Part shown: positions 51,017-63,742 of the stretch, piece after piece | Layout of the letters: the number at the start of each line of letters is the position of its first letter | How positions within the stretch are numbered: position 1 is the stretch's first letter | Source: Perkinsus olseni | Lineage: Eukaryota | Assembly (NCBI GenBank): GCA_013115125.1 | Contig: JABANN010000130.1 | Coordinates: forward strand, 1 to 64,000 | DNA: 64,000 bases | Direction of reading: 5' to 3' | Translations under genes and position numbers: made by a program | The notes under the pieces: generated by a model | The model's database searches: none | What the model was told of the DNA's origin: nothing | What the model saw: the letters and a program-made list of their open reading frames with translations, nothing else

Positions 51017-52039
51017 ATGAATTTGCCATGGCTGTTATTTTCCCCATTTTTCGCTCCTGAACAAGGACAAGTTAGCCGGCCGCAGGTCATCCGTGTGTGG
51101 AACGACACTGAGCTGCTGCGTGCTGATGTAGACAACATCTTCCTGTGCCCGAAGCAAAGCGTATCCTTCTTCCGAGAAGCCTCAGGTTGGCCTGCAACGG
51201 ATCTTTACATCGACGCTCGGAGATGCCAAAGAGGTCGCGACGTGTGGAATAGTAACGGTGATCGACTAGCCTGTGTCGCGAAAGTGACGGGTTTCACGGC
51301 GGAGTTACTGGCTGATATTGGTTTGGATGACTTCCTCCTGGACGGAAGTCTCTTAGGCTGGGTCAGACACAAGGGTGGTCAGATCCCCTGGGACCTTGAT
51401 GGCGATACAGCCGTGCTCCGGTCGCAGTGTGAAGAGGTTGCTGGTCGATCCCAAGGCCAAGCGATCTGTGACATTCTCAGGGAGAAGCTACCGCATGGGT
51501 ATTTCCTTTATGCCATTGACGAAGACGAAGTTGTCCATCCCGACCCTCGAGGCAGCGACTTTGCCGGGTGCGATGTGCCTGAGCTGCGCATCGGAAGCAC
51601 CGTGAACGGAGAATGGTGTCACACAGATATTTACATGGCGAGTGATGTTGACGATGAGATCTGTTTTCGAGAAGGAGTCTGTTTTAGAAGGGACCAAGTG
51701 CTGCCGTTGCGGAATGAGTCGTTGGTCGGAAGATACCCTGTGAAGATTCCTGCGCAGCCGGAAGAAATTCTGTCTGGTCTTTACAAGAATCATTCTGGTA
51801 TTATGAACCTGCATGGAGTGCCTATGAACTATGCATTTCAAGACGATTGGGCGGTTGTCATCGGTACCGAGCTTGACGATAGTTTCAGTGATCGAGTAAC
51901 TGTTGATAGGCCCCGGCTTTATGAAGCACTCTCGCTTATTTGTGTTGCATTTGTGCTGTGCTTTGGGGTCGCATACCTCTTGCGCTCGAAGTGCAGGCGA
52001 CAAGCCGGGTTCGTTAAAATACGACAGTATACCGTGTGA
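51017..52039 (+). CDS. licD: LicD/fukutin-family phosphotransferase with C-terminal TM, copy 1
   Basis: GSLLGWVRHKGGQIPWDLDGD, later TDIY and VKIPAQPEEIL..Y; hydrophobic tail followed by basic residues; upstream exons possible. Confidence 0.8.
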   Translation: MNLPWLLFSPFFAPEQGQVSRPQVIRVWNDTELLRADVDNIFLCPKQSVSFFREASGWPATDLYIDARRCQRGRDVWNSNGDRLACVAKVTGFTAELLADIGLDDFLLDGSLLGWVRHKGGQIPWDLDGDTAVLRSQCEEVAGRSQGQAICDILREKLPHGYFLYAIDEDEVVHPDPRGSDFAGCDVPELRIGSTVNGEWCHTDIYMASDVDDEICFREGVCFRRDQVLPLRNESLVGRYPVKIPAQPEEILSGLYKNHSGIMNLHGVPMNYAFQDDWAVVIGTELDDSFSDRVTVDRPRLYEALSLICVAFVLCFGVAYLLRSKCRRQAGFVKIRQYTV

Positions 52040-52487
52040 TGCCGCGTCGTCTCTCGATGAGTCTTAGGCTATATCTTACGCTGAGTCTGGCAAGCTATAA
52101 CATTTTAGCTACCTGCCGTCACGAGGAGAATGCTTATTATGATGACTGTCTTAGCAGTTGTCAATCCCATGCTATTGCGCGGCAACCTGCTCGTGGTTCT
52201 CATTCCTCCTTTTGCACGGAGCTGGCCACGGAGCTTGGTGTGGTCTATTCTACTACTCTTCTGAAGTAACGGACTTGCGTTTTGATAGTCGGGAGATAAG
52301 AAGGGCATTGGGAACACTACCACTTGCATGAAATCGATCACAGAACAGATTCGAGAAACTAGTTTGTCTTCCTCTGAGTTTTCATAACTGTACTCGGCAA
52401 TTTTCTTCTCCACGGCAGAATTTTAGATTATTTTTTTCTTGAGACACTCGTCTCGACGACTGATCAAAAGTCAACAGCCCCTTCTTA

Positions 52488-53501
52488 ATGATCAAGGTTA
52501 TCTCTCAAGAGCGCGTCCCCAAAGCGCCACTCGATCAGCTTTACCTCTGTCCCCAAGATGTGGTGTCGCAAGCTCTTGATGGCGTGGATTGGCCTGATCA
52601 GCCGGTCTTCATCAATCGCTCAGCGTGCATGAATCACGACGACCTGCTGGCATACCATCTCTGGGGTTCTCCTTCTGAACATCGCAATCGTCTTATGTGT
52701 ATCCAGAGAACAACCGATGCTGCAACGCGAGCTCTTGGGGCGGTTGGCGTGGACGCCTTCTTGCTTGCCGGAAGTCTCCTGGGCTGGCAGCGCCATGATG
52801 GTGGTCAGATACCTTGGGACACCGACGGCGATACTGGTTTTGTACAGTCACAGTGCGAGGTTGCCATGAAGGACCATCCAGATGCGACTAACATCGCTAG
52901 TCTTATCATGCCCTATGTCCCTGATGATTTTGAAGTCAAGTACCTGAGTGAAGCTGGGCTCTCCGATCATCCTGGAGATGAGTTCCCGGGTTGCGACTTC
53001 AAACAGTTGAGGATAACTTCCGTCTATAAGGAACAGTCTTGTTTCACCGACATCTATCTTGTCTCGGACGAGGACGTCTCCGAGTGTGAGTGTCCAGAAG
53101 GCTCGGCCAACGACGCCTGCATACGCGCCGTACCCACAGTATGCCCGGCGAGATCAAGCCTCCTTCCAGTGATGAAGTCCCGACTAAATGGCGAGGTGAG
53201 TGTGAATGTGCCGCATAACTGGACGGACGTCCTGGAAGCCTACTACGGGGGTATGCCTGGGGGAACCGATATCCTCAACCTGCAACCTGTCCCGAAGAAC
53301 TTGGCCTTCGGCGACAGTCATGCGGTGGTAGTCGGAGAGCTGGTGGATGAAGATTTGACTTCGAGTCGATCGCCTTCTGTTCGGCTTTCCAGTCTCGCCA
53401 TAGAGTGCTTTTTGGTTCTCTTATTGGTATTGATATGTATTGTGCTCTTTCTGCGTCGTCGATGGCATCGCCAGAACACCGCCCGGGTGCCTCGTGAGTG
53501 A
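52488..53501 (+). CDS. licD: LicD/fukutin-family phosphotransferase with C-terminal TM, copy 2
   Basis: GSLLGWQRHDGGQIPWDTDGD, TDIY, VNVPHNWTDVLEAYYG; a signal-peptide-like upstream exon may start at ATG 52057. Confidence 0.8.
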   Translation: MIKVISQERVPKAPLDQLYLCPQDVVSQALDGVDWPDQPVFINRSACMNHDDLLAYHLWGSPSEHRNRLMCIQRTTDAATRALGAVGVDAFLLAGSLLGWQRHDGGQIPWDTDGDTGFVQSQCEVAMKDHPDATNIASLIMPYVPDDFEVKYLSEAGLSDHPGDEFPGCDFKQLRITSVYKEQSCFTDIYLVSDEDVSECECPEGSANDACIRAVPTVCPARSSLLPVMKSRLNGEVSVNVPHNWTDVLEAYYGGMPGGTDILNLQPVPKNLAFGDSHAVVVGELVDEDLTSSRSPSVRLSSLAIECFLVLLLVLICIVLFLRRRWHRQNTARVPRE

Positions 53502-53991
53502 TTGAATGCCCGAGGTTGAGGCGCCTGTCTCGTCCACCGCATTGAAAGGTGAAGGCGTATCTTTGCTATCGTGACTGTATTTGTTCAACCATCATTCTGT
53601 GATGCCCGAGCGGGCTTCATTTGTCATGTGTGTGTGGTCTGTACTAAGTATTAGCAAGCTCTTGCAGATGTTGGGTTATATCGACTCGGTCAATCTTGTC
53701 TCGACAAGGTGGCCTCCTTGCCCTGAATGTGCGCTATTCATCCATACCGCATCACCCGATCGCCTACCATTGATCAGCCGTACGAGAGCCCTTCAGTGGC
53801 GTCGTTCAACGTCGCCTTAATGATTAATTAAACCTTCTAACACCTTGCTCTCAATCGCTGATAATATACACGGGAAAGCGTGCTCTGTAGTGAGTCGCCG
53901 GTAAAGAGACGACTCGGTGACAACCATGCTCACTTGAAAGCAGCGGAAAAGACCCTACCATAGAGTTGTCTATTAGCCGGCTGCGATTCCC

Positions 53992-56900
53992 ATGATGACG
54001 ATGCTTGGATCCGTTAGCGTATCCTTGCCCTCAATGACGTTGTCCACTGCCCTAGACCTCTCATTCGGTGGAGGAGGGTTCGACCTGTTGGACAATGTAT
54101 CTCTCCTTGGTGCAGGCTTGCCTTCTGTCATAGTAGAGAAAATACTTGCTAGTCTGGATACTACAAGACTGAGGAGATTGGGTGAGTATCCGAGCGTCTC
54201 TTTCATAATTAAAGCCAAATCAGTAGCTGGTGAAGGGAGGAAAGAAGGCGACCCGCATTCTCACGGGCCACGACAGAGTGTCGCCTCGGTAGTGGCATCG
54301 TTCCTTCGCTGGTTGATACGTTCAAGCCGGGCACCATCACACCTAGCTCATCCGTTGCGGCAGAGGTCTCTCCGCTGCATCTCTGAATGACTACGACGTC
54401 AGTGCGACCTCGTAGATATTCGCGGCAACGAGATAGACCCCCAGACTGCCAGAGAGATGGCCAGGAGGCTTGGACCTACGTTCAAAACCATGAGGGAGTG
54501 CAATGGCCTTCCAATACACGTGGGCATGCACGAAGGACTCGTGGCGGCACACGGTGGTTGTAGGATATCATCGGCAATACAACGAGGAGGTTACGACTGA
54601 ATGGATTCAGAGGGCGTCACCATTTTTTCGGCATTGAAGTGAGCTCCAGCTCAGTTGGGCTGCGAGGAAAGTATCACTATCGACCCGTGCCAGAGCACCG
54701 CTGTCGTTTGCACGAACGTAGATGATCGCATACCCGAGGGGCATTCTCTGCCTGCTCTGCTCTGCTTGCTCAAACTCTAATGAATAATAATACTAGCTGC
54801 CTCCACCGTCGCAGTTTGATTTCCTGTTCACAGGAATAGCCATGAGTAGTACTCGTTGAAGACCACCCTGGTTGTCGGCTAATTGTGCTGATATCTGCCC
54901 GCAGTAGGCATAGGCCTTTCGCGAGCTATCCCGCTCTACGGCAGAATGGAAGGAACCTGCTAGTGCAACGCTAGTCTGTGCTCAGTCCGCTCTACTCGCA
55001 CTTGATGAGTCGATTCACAGGCGGAGGCTCATTCATCTGATGACAGGCCTTCGGTGCTCACGTCCTGGCTAGCTTACTTCCTGAGAACACATCATTGCTC
55101 GAGATTGACTTCCGCTTGAACGGCGTAAGAAAGGGTACTGCAACGTTGATCAATCGCCTAGCGTTGCCGCGGTCCCCCGCGACTCCATCTAGCATTCGTC
55201 CTTCGCCTGTCTTCAAGTACTGTGAGACTGGTGGTTTCAGATTGGCCTTGCTGCGGCTGCTGATCTTGGCAAAGCGTCTGCGAAGAGCCGAGTCCGCTAT
55301 GTAAATCAGCTAGGGTGCCGTAAACGACCTGGCCATGGTACGCTCTTGGACTTGAAGAAGCTGCGGGAAACGGCTGAACCCAGACTGAGATTAGCGAGTA
55401 CTCAGCTGAACGCTTCTTGAGATGACCGCCGAATCATTTCGCCTCTTTATTAGAGGACCTTGTCACCGATGAGGAGGTTGCCTTTCTTCTCGGATACTTC
55501 CACGACATCCCGCTGGCTGAAATCGATGTATCTCATAACGCCGGCATGACGTCGGCAGCATCTCCCCACATCACAGGGTAGGGACGATCGAAGCTGCTCG
55601 GCTGCTGCATGATCTCTGATACAGTTACCTCGCCGACGGCCACATGAGGAACCTCCGGAGACTAGCGCTCGCTGGCCTTCCGTGGAATGATGACTCGGTT
55701 ATTTCATTAGTAGACGCCATCGGGGAACAGGCCAACTCGCTACTTGCTTTGGAGGAACTCGCTCTCCCGTTGTACTGTGGACTTAAGAGGTGAAGCTTAG
55801 TTCTGCTGGTCGTCCCTGGCTTCGTCCACCCGTCGCAGAGTAGCAGCCGACTAAACACAAATATATAGAACAAGCGCAATGCCCTCTTTACGGCAAGTGG
55901 CTTTGATGGCTGCGGCACTTTCCTGCCATTGGTTTTGGAAGAAAGAAATAGCTAAGGCAACTCGCAGCTGGTAGAATCCACGGGGTAAAACTGTCCAGCA
56001 GTGCAATACAACGGCAGTGGTCAGGCTGAACGAACAAACATCCCCCACTATGACATAATCTAATTGAACTGTCTCAGGTCCACTCTTGCCCACCTAGCTG
56101 GGGTCGTTGCTCGCTGTTTCCCGACTATCAAGTTTGGTGAAGCCTACTACTCCCTCAATGCTCTAAGGCTGAGGCCTACGGTAAGCCTGCTAATCCACAG
56201 CCATTCCGGCAACAACAGCGCACTTGGATCGACGAAGACCGCTCCCACAGCGTTATCGATGGCGTATAGCCCCGACCTTACCCTCGAGTACAGTACTCAC
56301 CGGGTGTGTCCACAGACTGCTCGCAGTTATGCCTCTCAAGACCCGAGGAAGCAGCAACTGCGGAGTTTGCAGCGTGGGAATTGATCGCTAAGGAGATGAA
56401 GCCCAGCTGTATACGCCGACTGATAATCATGCTCGATGAAAGGAACTCGGTGGTGAACATCGTTTGGCTGTGAGTGCCCCAGCTGCTGCTGCCTGGCAGA
56501 TCGACGCCGCGCCGCCTGTCGCTCCCGGTCATCATCCACTGGTTTACTGGTCCACCATGGAAGCACTCCGTGCTCTGTGCAATTGTGGAGAGCTTGAAGC
56601 GATCAATATATCAGTCCACCCAAGTACGCGTTCCCTCTGGAAGCAAATAACAGGAGGATTTTTGCGCGCTGACGAAGGAGTGAATGTGGCGAATACACAA
56701 GGGACCCCAGTCGCTCGATGACCCTGCCTCTTTCCTTGTCTACAGCCCTTCAGACATTCCCAGCTTCCTCAGCAGGTGCTCGAGACCTGGGAGCTGTCAT
56801 CTTAGAGTCTCTTGAGGCTACGAGCTCTTCACTCAGAGAACTCGGAATCTCCTGTAAGTGTAGCCAGGACTAGTTGTGCCATAGTTCGCTAGAAGATTGC

Positions 56901-59900
56901 TTGTCTCTCTTCGGTGCAGGACGTGGTGCTAGCTAAGTCGTACCTGGGTCTAGGGTGCCTTTTTTCTGCAACACGCTCAGAGAGTTCACGACGGGTGTTG
57001 ATTGTCGCCAGTCTTCGTCTTATATCGGACGGCCGGAGCGTTCCCGATGGCGAAGCCTGGCGGTCTTCGCTTCATTCAGATATGAATTTCATCGATCTTC
57101 CACCCTCACGAACCGACATCCTCTCTGAGGTATTGCCGAGCCCATCCTGGAGTTTTCTGGCACGCCTAGCTACCAGGATGCCCTGTCTGGAACGCTTCAA
57201 CGGAGTGAGTGCGACGACGATGCTCTTCGAATGCCTTTCAATCGTCACGAACGAGTTCAGACGCCGGACCACCGTTCAACAGGTCCCTCTACCGAAGGAT
57301 GGTGGACGAGCCAGTCAAGGTACGCGTGTCGTGACCAAACTGATCTACTATGGGCTTGCCATCCCCGACATCAAGATAGAGGTAAGAGTGTGGACCTAGT
57401 GGCCCCTCTCGTCGCCAATGAAGCTGCCCGCTCGTTTCCGCTCAGCATGAGGCAGGAGCTTTCGTTATTGATGTCACCTTGGCTCCGCACTTCGATAAAA
57501 TTGACATGCTGGTTGCATGGTTGAACCTTGTCGAGAGCGACCACGTGCTGGTGGTTATATGGCTCAGCGGCAGAGGTGAGCATCGTATCCTATCCCCAGG
57601 GACCTCGTGAGCCTCAGATATAGAGACGAAGCTTAGTGGTATGCTGCAAGCCATCGAAAGCACCCCCAAGCCTCGAGTGGGATGCAAGTTGGCCTTCGCC
57701 CTGGACCGACCAATTTCGACACGTGCCATGGAGGCTCTGTATCGCCATACAGCTGCCTTCGGCAGAGTTGTCGGTCTTCCCATGTGTAAGGGCCCCAGTT
57801 CTGTCTTGTGGCGATGACTGATTGCCAGTTCCCGATGAGAGCGCTCGTGCTCTGGAACTGGTGTTGGGCGAATGCAATACGAACTTGTTGCTCGAGAGAC
57901 TCTACATAACGAGATCGAGAGGATGGACTGGTGGCCCGCTGGGTTCCTTGCGGAAAGTATCGCTGGTTCTTGCTTTCTGAGATCCGGAGCGCCTCATTGC
58001 TGTTGATGCTCGTCAGATTCTATCCTGCTTATGCACTCCCAGGCGCCCCTTCAAAGGCCTTCATCTCTGCTATGGTCCTGGGAATTATCGGACGCTTGAT
58101 AAGTCGGAGCTCATCGGTGTACTCAGTAACAGAGAGGGTCTGGAAAGTATAATCAACAACGCCAACATAGCGAAGAGAGTGCGATGCAGCGGTGGGACAG
58201 TGGCAATGTTGGAACGAATGAGACCCTCTTAGATGTTTTCCTCAGCCGGAGAAGCCCCTAACATACTGGCCGGCGGGCTGAAGCTCTCCCTCGATATGCA
58301 TTGCTATGGTGATTTGAAGGTGGTCAAATTGTGCAACTGTGATATCATACAGTGAGTTATTCGAGTGCCCAAGTCTTCTCCATTCCGAGTAAACCAGTCT
58401 CTGGTACAGGCTGGCCGTGCAAGACCCTCTTCTACGGAGACCGGGAGCGTGGCAGAGCTCGATGTGAGTACCGTTTGCGATTGACTATGGGGTGATTCGA
58501 TTTTCCAAGGCCGGTCGACTTGGAAATATTGACTATCACCGAGATTCTCTCTCTTAACCTCACCGCGGTGACTCCACCGACGCCCCGATTTTGGTTCTCG
58601 TCACGACCGCCACGGCAGTTCTTCAGTTCGCCCTCACCGTGATGCTCTTCTTCTAGTATTAACGTGAGCTAATGAGCTTTGCACCTCTAAGGAACTGGAT
58701 GAGCGGGCAGCGTAGTGGCGATAGCATGCAAAAGGGGAAACTCCACCGAAATTGCCACTGCACGTTTTTCACCATCCAGAACGGCGCCCATGCGCGTCTA
58801 TGACAGGTGCCCGCGCCGTTGGCTGGAGTGTGAGAACGACGAGGAGAACTTGCGGGGCTGGATAATAAAGGTGAGCGCCACTGCCCGAAGAACTCGTTCA
58901 TGACCAACGCTGTGCCTCATGCTATGAATTTCGTATTTGTGCGTAGGTCCTCTTGATCCTATTGCGCCGACCTGGACTGGAGAGCGTGGATATCCGTGGG
59001 AACGGCCTTTCTGTGGAAGACGCTGAGCTCATTTGGGCTGAGGTGTTCTCTGGCCTAGCAAAACGCAAACTCCGATGCATCAATGAGGTTGCGCTGGACG
59101 AAGTAAGGCGAACCTCTTTTTTTTTTGATTTTTTTGCGTGACTAGAACTAGGATCTTCAGGGGGACAGCGTTCTGCGACTCGATGCACCGGAGGGGTCAG
59201 AGTACAGGGTCCGACTGTCACCGGGTGAGGCTCACCCGGTGAGCAGTAGGAGTAGACGCCGGAGAGCAGCTCATTACGTTAGGCGACATTTGGGTCTACG
59301 AGCAACTCACTTTCTTCCTGTGGGAGAATCATGCTGTTCGAAAGTTGTCAATGCGACGACTGGACTTCTACGATGGCGAAGCCTACCTTTTGGGGCTGCT
59401 GGAAGCCATTCTTTCTGGAACTGTGATAGAACTCGAGATTGTGGACTGCTTGATGGGGCCGGGGTAGGTCTACCTTGGGAAACAGCGTCATGGGATTGAA
59501 TGTGGCCCCCACTCAGCCTGTCTCGATCGGTGTGGGCGATCTTGCTCGAGAAGCTCACTGACCCTGGAGCCCGTCTCGAGAGCTTCAATGGACTTACCAT
59601 AGAGAAGGGGAAATTGTCATGGTTGTCCCCTTGCTCTGAGTGGAACGATTTGAGGTTGGTGCGGTATGCGTCGCAGGGCTCACGGTAACCCAGCCTTTCA
59701 GTCTGGCTCTGGCAGCCACACTGCCATGCAATCGGAGCATACCGGTCCCTCTTTCGGTAAGCGTCAGTGGAGAGAACATAACTGACTTTGGGTTGACCAA
59801 GTTTTCCGAGCTCATCAGATCTGGGTAAGGCAGGCTGCTCCCACCGTCATTGGTACAAGTTGTCGCGATCTTCACTGCCCGGGGGTTAATATATCGGGCT

Positions 59901-62882
59901 ACGGGAAGAGCCGGATCCGTGGGCACATTCCACACAGTACAATTGTACAGAAAAGTTCTGAAGTTTGAACCGAAACTCTATCCCCTGTGAAAGTAATCTC
60001 AGCACGCTCGAGACGTTCTGTAGTGCAGCATAGCAGCGACTGAGACAAACCCACCTATCGAAAGTGTTGAATTTTCCCAGGGTCGCCACCGTGACTCAAG
60101 AGATCAATTTCGAAGGCTCTCGGCATGTCACCGACTGGGGAGTGAAGGCCACCGTAGACGCTCTCCTCTCATGCCATACTGGCGTGGAAGAGCTCAGGTA
60201 TTCGAAGCCTGGCTGTGATTATCGCGCTGTCACGAGTCATGTTCGAGGAAGAGCGCGGTCGCCTTTGGTAAGGTCTATCTCCTTCGACAATTGCCCGGCG
60301 GTCAATCCAAGATCCGCTTTCGAGTTGATGAGAGCAGTACGATCCCTCCGCCACTTGAGAAGAATCAATGGCTTCGACTTGGTGGCTGTTAGAGAGCAGG
60401 GAGAACTTGTACGTAGGATGCTCTAATTCGATATCGTTCCTCTGAGACTCCCTCGTTCTCGTATATTGTCCCAGGTTGTGCGTAGCTCTGAGGACAAGCC
60501 ACTCTCGGTAACTAGCATTCGTTTGGCCTCGGCTATCGCGGATTGCTTTGGCATATGCAGGGCGCGCATAGACGTTAGCCTTCGTCGGATGGTCACCGGA
60601 AAACAGGTAGCGTCCTGAGGTCAGTTGTAATTCAGGAGACTAGAAAGCTCGACGAAAACCGCCTTCATTCGTGATCGGTGTCCCTCTGTACAGTACAGAC
60701 TGTACTTCCATTGTCCGCCCTCCCCGAGTCATGTCAGAGTCTGGCCTGCAATAGCATGAAAGTGGCCGCTTGTCAGGTCGACTGCATATTCGCTCAGACT
60801 CTGATGCTGCTGGAAAGCCTCCCTCTTGGTGTGGCAACGCATATTTTCGTCAAGCTAGCGAGGGCCTCCGCTCGTAAGTCAGAGTTTTCAGCATCGCTGG
60901 AATGGTCTAGTTGGTTATGACGATCGCCTCACACGCGATAGGTCCCGAGTTCGATTCTCGGTTCTAGTATTATATACAACTGGCCTAACTTCTCGTTCAC
61001 CTTTCCCAGACTGTGCCCCATGTCAGTGCAACGTTGAACGTTTCTGACCTACCAACATAGGTACTGGAGCCAAAAACAACCGGCAAGGCAGAGGTGGCTC
61101 CATTTCAGCCTTCCGCGTGGACGAGGCGTCACTCGTGACCTCGCATTCCATAGACGAGTGGGTATACGCATGATATTCCATCGGGTGCCAATACTACTGC
61201 TCGTTGCCCCGATGATTCTCACTCCATGCCTGTACCCTGTGTCAGGCAGGCTTCCTCCTTGTGGGCTAGGATCAGGAAAGCTGTGGGCGTTGCCGGGGAG
61301 ACGATGTGAGTGCATTGATAAGCTATGACATTATGGGTGATACGGTTGCCTACGTTATTTCAGAAGGCACAAAACACCGGTCATAATTAGTCCGGATCCA
61401 GAGGCATTAGCCTCATTGATGTGGTTGAGCCATGGTCTGTCACTCAGCGAAATATCCTTCTGGTGAGCGGTCATTTGGGGGGGGGGGAATCGCACTGTGA
61501 ATACGTAGCAATGATCTGAGTTCATGGCTAACGCCTTCGACCCCTCTATACCGCCCCGATGCCGCGACGACACTACTTGCTGCTTTGTTGTGCGGTCCTG
61601 AGTAGACGGTACTCGTAATCTCATTGTCGCTGGGAGAGTGGGATGCACCGACAAATCTCGTCTCTAGCTTCTCGTTCACATTGCAAAACATCGTTCACCA
61701 GGCGACAAAGCAAGCAGATTCCCGCCGTGAGATGGAAAACTGGATTTATGTTGTGTTCCCTCTTGCAGTCCCAGTTCCCTCACCGAGCTCTCGCGAACAG
61801 AGAGATCTAGCGCCAGCGCACTTACTCATCTGAGCTTCCGAGGATCAGTACCTATTGGCTCTGATGGGATGACTTGCCTGAGCTCGTGGTTGACGCGATC
61901 TGCGACTGCCCTGGAGTTACTTGAGCTGCCGGGAGCGTGTAGTACATCGCAGCTGCTGAAACTCAACATCGGGCTGTTTCATCCCTGCTAGGATTCCACT
62001 CTGTTCCAGGTCTTGGTGATACTGGCCTGGCGTGCCTAGCGGATCTTCTTGGAAGCTTGCCGCTACTCAAGGTTCTCGATATAAGGTGGAGTGAGAGGGC
62101 CAGGTCGCATCTTCGAGCTTCACAAATTTGACTTCATGAGTAGCGCTGATCTGGAGAGAATTTAAGTCCAGCAGACTCTGCTCCTCGAGTCTTTGAAACA
62201 GGCGAAACCTCATCTCGAGCGATGGCATCCGGAAGATTGTCCAAGCCCTACGGACCCAAACTAGGAAGTTCGAGTTAATCGACATGGGAGAGAATAATGT
62301 CAGCCCCCATGGCTTGATGGAGGTGGCGGAGCTCATATCGATCGGTAACTTCAAGCTGGTGAACATCTCCCTGGCAAGGTAGGGGCCTGAGTAGAACTGT
62401 CCGCTCGACGACACTCGTAGGACTTCGTGGGAGAGCTGAAACTATTGCCGCGTCTACGCGGCGAAACACGCTCTTGGCGTGTAAAGTGGCCTTCTCAGAA
62501 ATCTGATTCTTCGTGGCTCCCCGTCAACAGGGCAGGATGTGGCGCTGGAGGCGGTGTCAGCCTTGGTCTATGGTGGGGCGGCCTCTAGCTCACTAGAGGT
62601 GAGAATAGTGTGAATGGAAGGCTGTGGCCCGTATGCTGCGGTGACGGATGTATCAGAAAAAGGTCCCAAGTCAATCTCTTGAGGGGTTCCCTGTCCCCGT
62701 TCATGCGAATGTTAAGTGGTCGAATACCATTCTCCTGCGAGGTACTCGATCTACGAGGGATATTCAACGACAGCAGAGATCTCTGGCAGACCGTTATTCG
62801 TAGCACGAATGCCAGTCAATTCTTCGATGCCAAGTATCTCGAGGGTGGATTGCTCGTGAAACGCCGTGCACATGACCAATGA
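53992..62882 (+). CDS. Very large multi-exon leucine-rich-repeat (RNI-like) protein; ends approximate
   Basis: Repeated LxxLDLxGN-type exons (LESVDIRGNGLS, LAEIDVSHN, VTDWGVKATVDAL) and a recurring L-x-x-[IF]-NG motif (LERFNG, LESFNG, LRRING). Confidence 0.55.
60896..60969 (+). tRNA. tRNA-Val(CAC) inside an intron of the LRR gene
   Basis: GCTGGAATGGTCTAGTTGGTTATGACGATCGCCTCACACGCGATAGGTCCCGAGTTCGATTCTCGGTTCTAGTA cloverleaf. Confidence 0.93.
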
Positions 62883-62963
62883 GTGTCCTTTTAGCGCACG
62901 AGACTGTTGAGCCACTCGAGCGGATGGAATAGCGTCACGGTCCCGCATCACAGAGAATATCCA

Positions 62964-63049
62964 ACATCTATCCCAGCAACGAACTCAGAATCTCCACTCC
63001 AACCTGGATCTCCAGGAGGGTGGCGCCTTATCCACTAGGCCAGCAGGGC
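62964..63049 (-). pseudogene. tRNA-Arg(CCT) pseudogene with a 13-nt insertion in the anticodon arm
   Basis: 5' half matches the downstream Arg copies; T-loop and 3' acceptor strand are degenerate. Confidence 0.75.
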
Positions 63050-63154
63050 CTCAGCCATGTAGATATCCGATCACTCCGACATGGCGACGTTCTGATCTAT
63101 GCTTATCCCTATGACCACGCCCAGACAGGGTTACGATCCTCCGCGGCCTACATA

Positions 63155-63226
63155 AGGGCGCGCCCAGATTTGAACCGAGCATCTGCTGATCTGCAGTCAG
63201 CCGTTCTACCACTGAGCTACACACCC
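63155..63226 (-). tRNA. tRNA-Cys(GCA), partly degenerate copy
   Basis: Same as 63510-63581 but with a D-stem mismatch (GCTC/GAAC) and altered variable loop. Confidence 0.65.
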
Positions 63227-63314
63227 TGTAGGGTGCAAAAAATATAGCCCATCTCGCGATCCGGAACCCGATAGCACTCTAGTGAATGGTTACTGTAGAT
63301 ACGCCAATTAGCAA

Positions 63315-63387
63315 TACCCTACCCCAGGATCGAACTCGGAATCTCCACCTTAGGAGGGTGGCGCCTTATCCATTGGGCCAGCAGGGC
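63315..63387 (-). tRNA. tRNA-Arg(CCT), one T-stem mismatch
   Basis: GCCCTGCTGGCCCAATGGATAAGGCGCCACCCTCCTAAGGTGGAGATTCCGAGTTCGATCCTGGGGTAGGGTA. Confidence 0.8.
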
Positions 63388-63509
63388 TTCAGCCATGCAA
63401 ACATCTGTTCACTCGGACATGGCAACGTTCTGAGCTACGCTCATCCCTAAAACCACGCCCACTCAGGGACTCTGATGAGTCAGGGTTACGATCCTCCGCG
63501 GCCTACATA

Positions 63510-63581
63510 AGGGCACGCCCGGATTTGAACCGAGGACCTGCTGATCTGCAGTCAGCCGCTCTACCACTGAGCTACACACCC
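63510..63581 (-). tRNA. tRNA-Cys(GCA)
   Basis: GGGTGTGTAGCTCAGTGGTAGAGCGGCTGACTGCAGATCAGCAGGTCCTCGGTTCAAATCCGGGCGTGCCCT. Confidence 0.93.
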
Positions 63582-63669
63582 TGTAAGTTGCAAAAAATAT
63601 AGCCCATCTCGCGATCCGGAACCCGATAGCACTCTAGTGAATGGTTACTGTAGATACGCCAATTAGCAA

Positions 63670-63742
63670 TACCCTACCCGAAGATCGAACTCGGAGTCTC
63701 CACCTTAGGAGGGTGGCGCCTTATCCATTGGGCCAGCAGGGC
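63670..63742 (-). tRNA. tRNA-Arg(CCT)
   Basis: Full cloverleaf, anticodon arm CCACC-CTCCTAA-GGTGG, T arm CCGAG-TTCGATC-TTCGG. Confidence 0.9.

Noticed and set aside
63467-63485. CTGATGAG resembling a hammerhead core or box C
   Set aside because: No stem II/GAAA partner; just a small GACTC/GAGTC hairpin indel in one repeat unit
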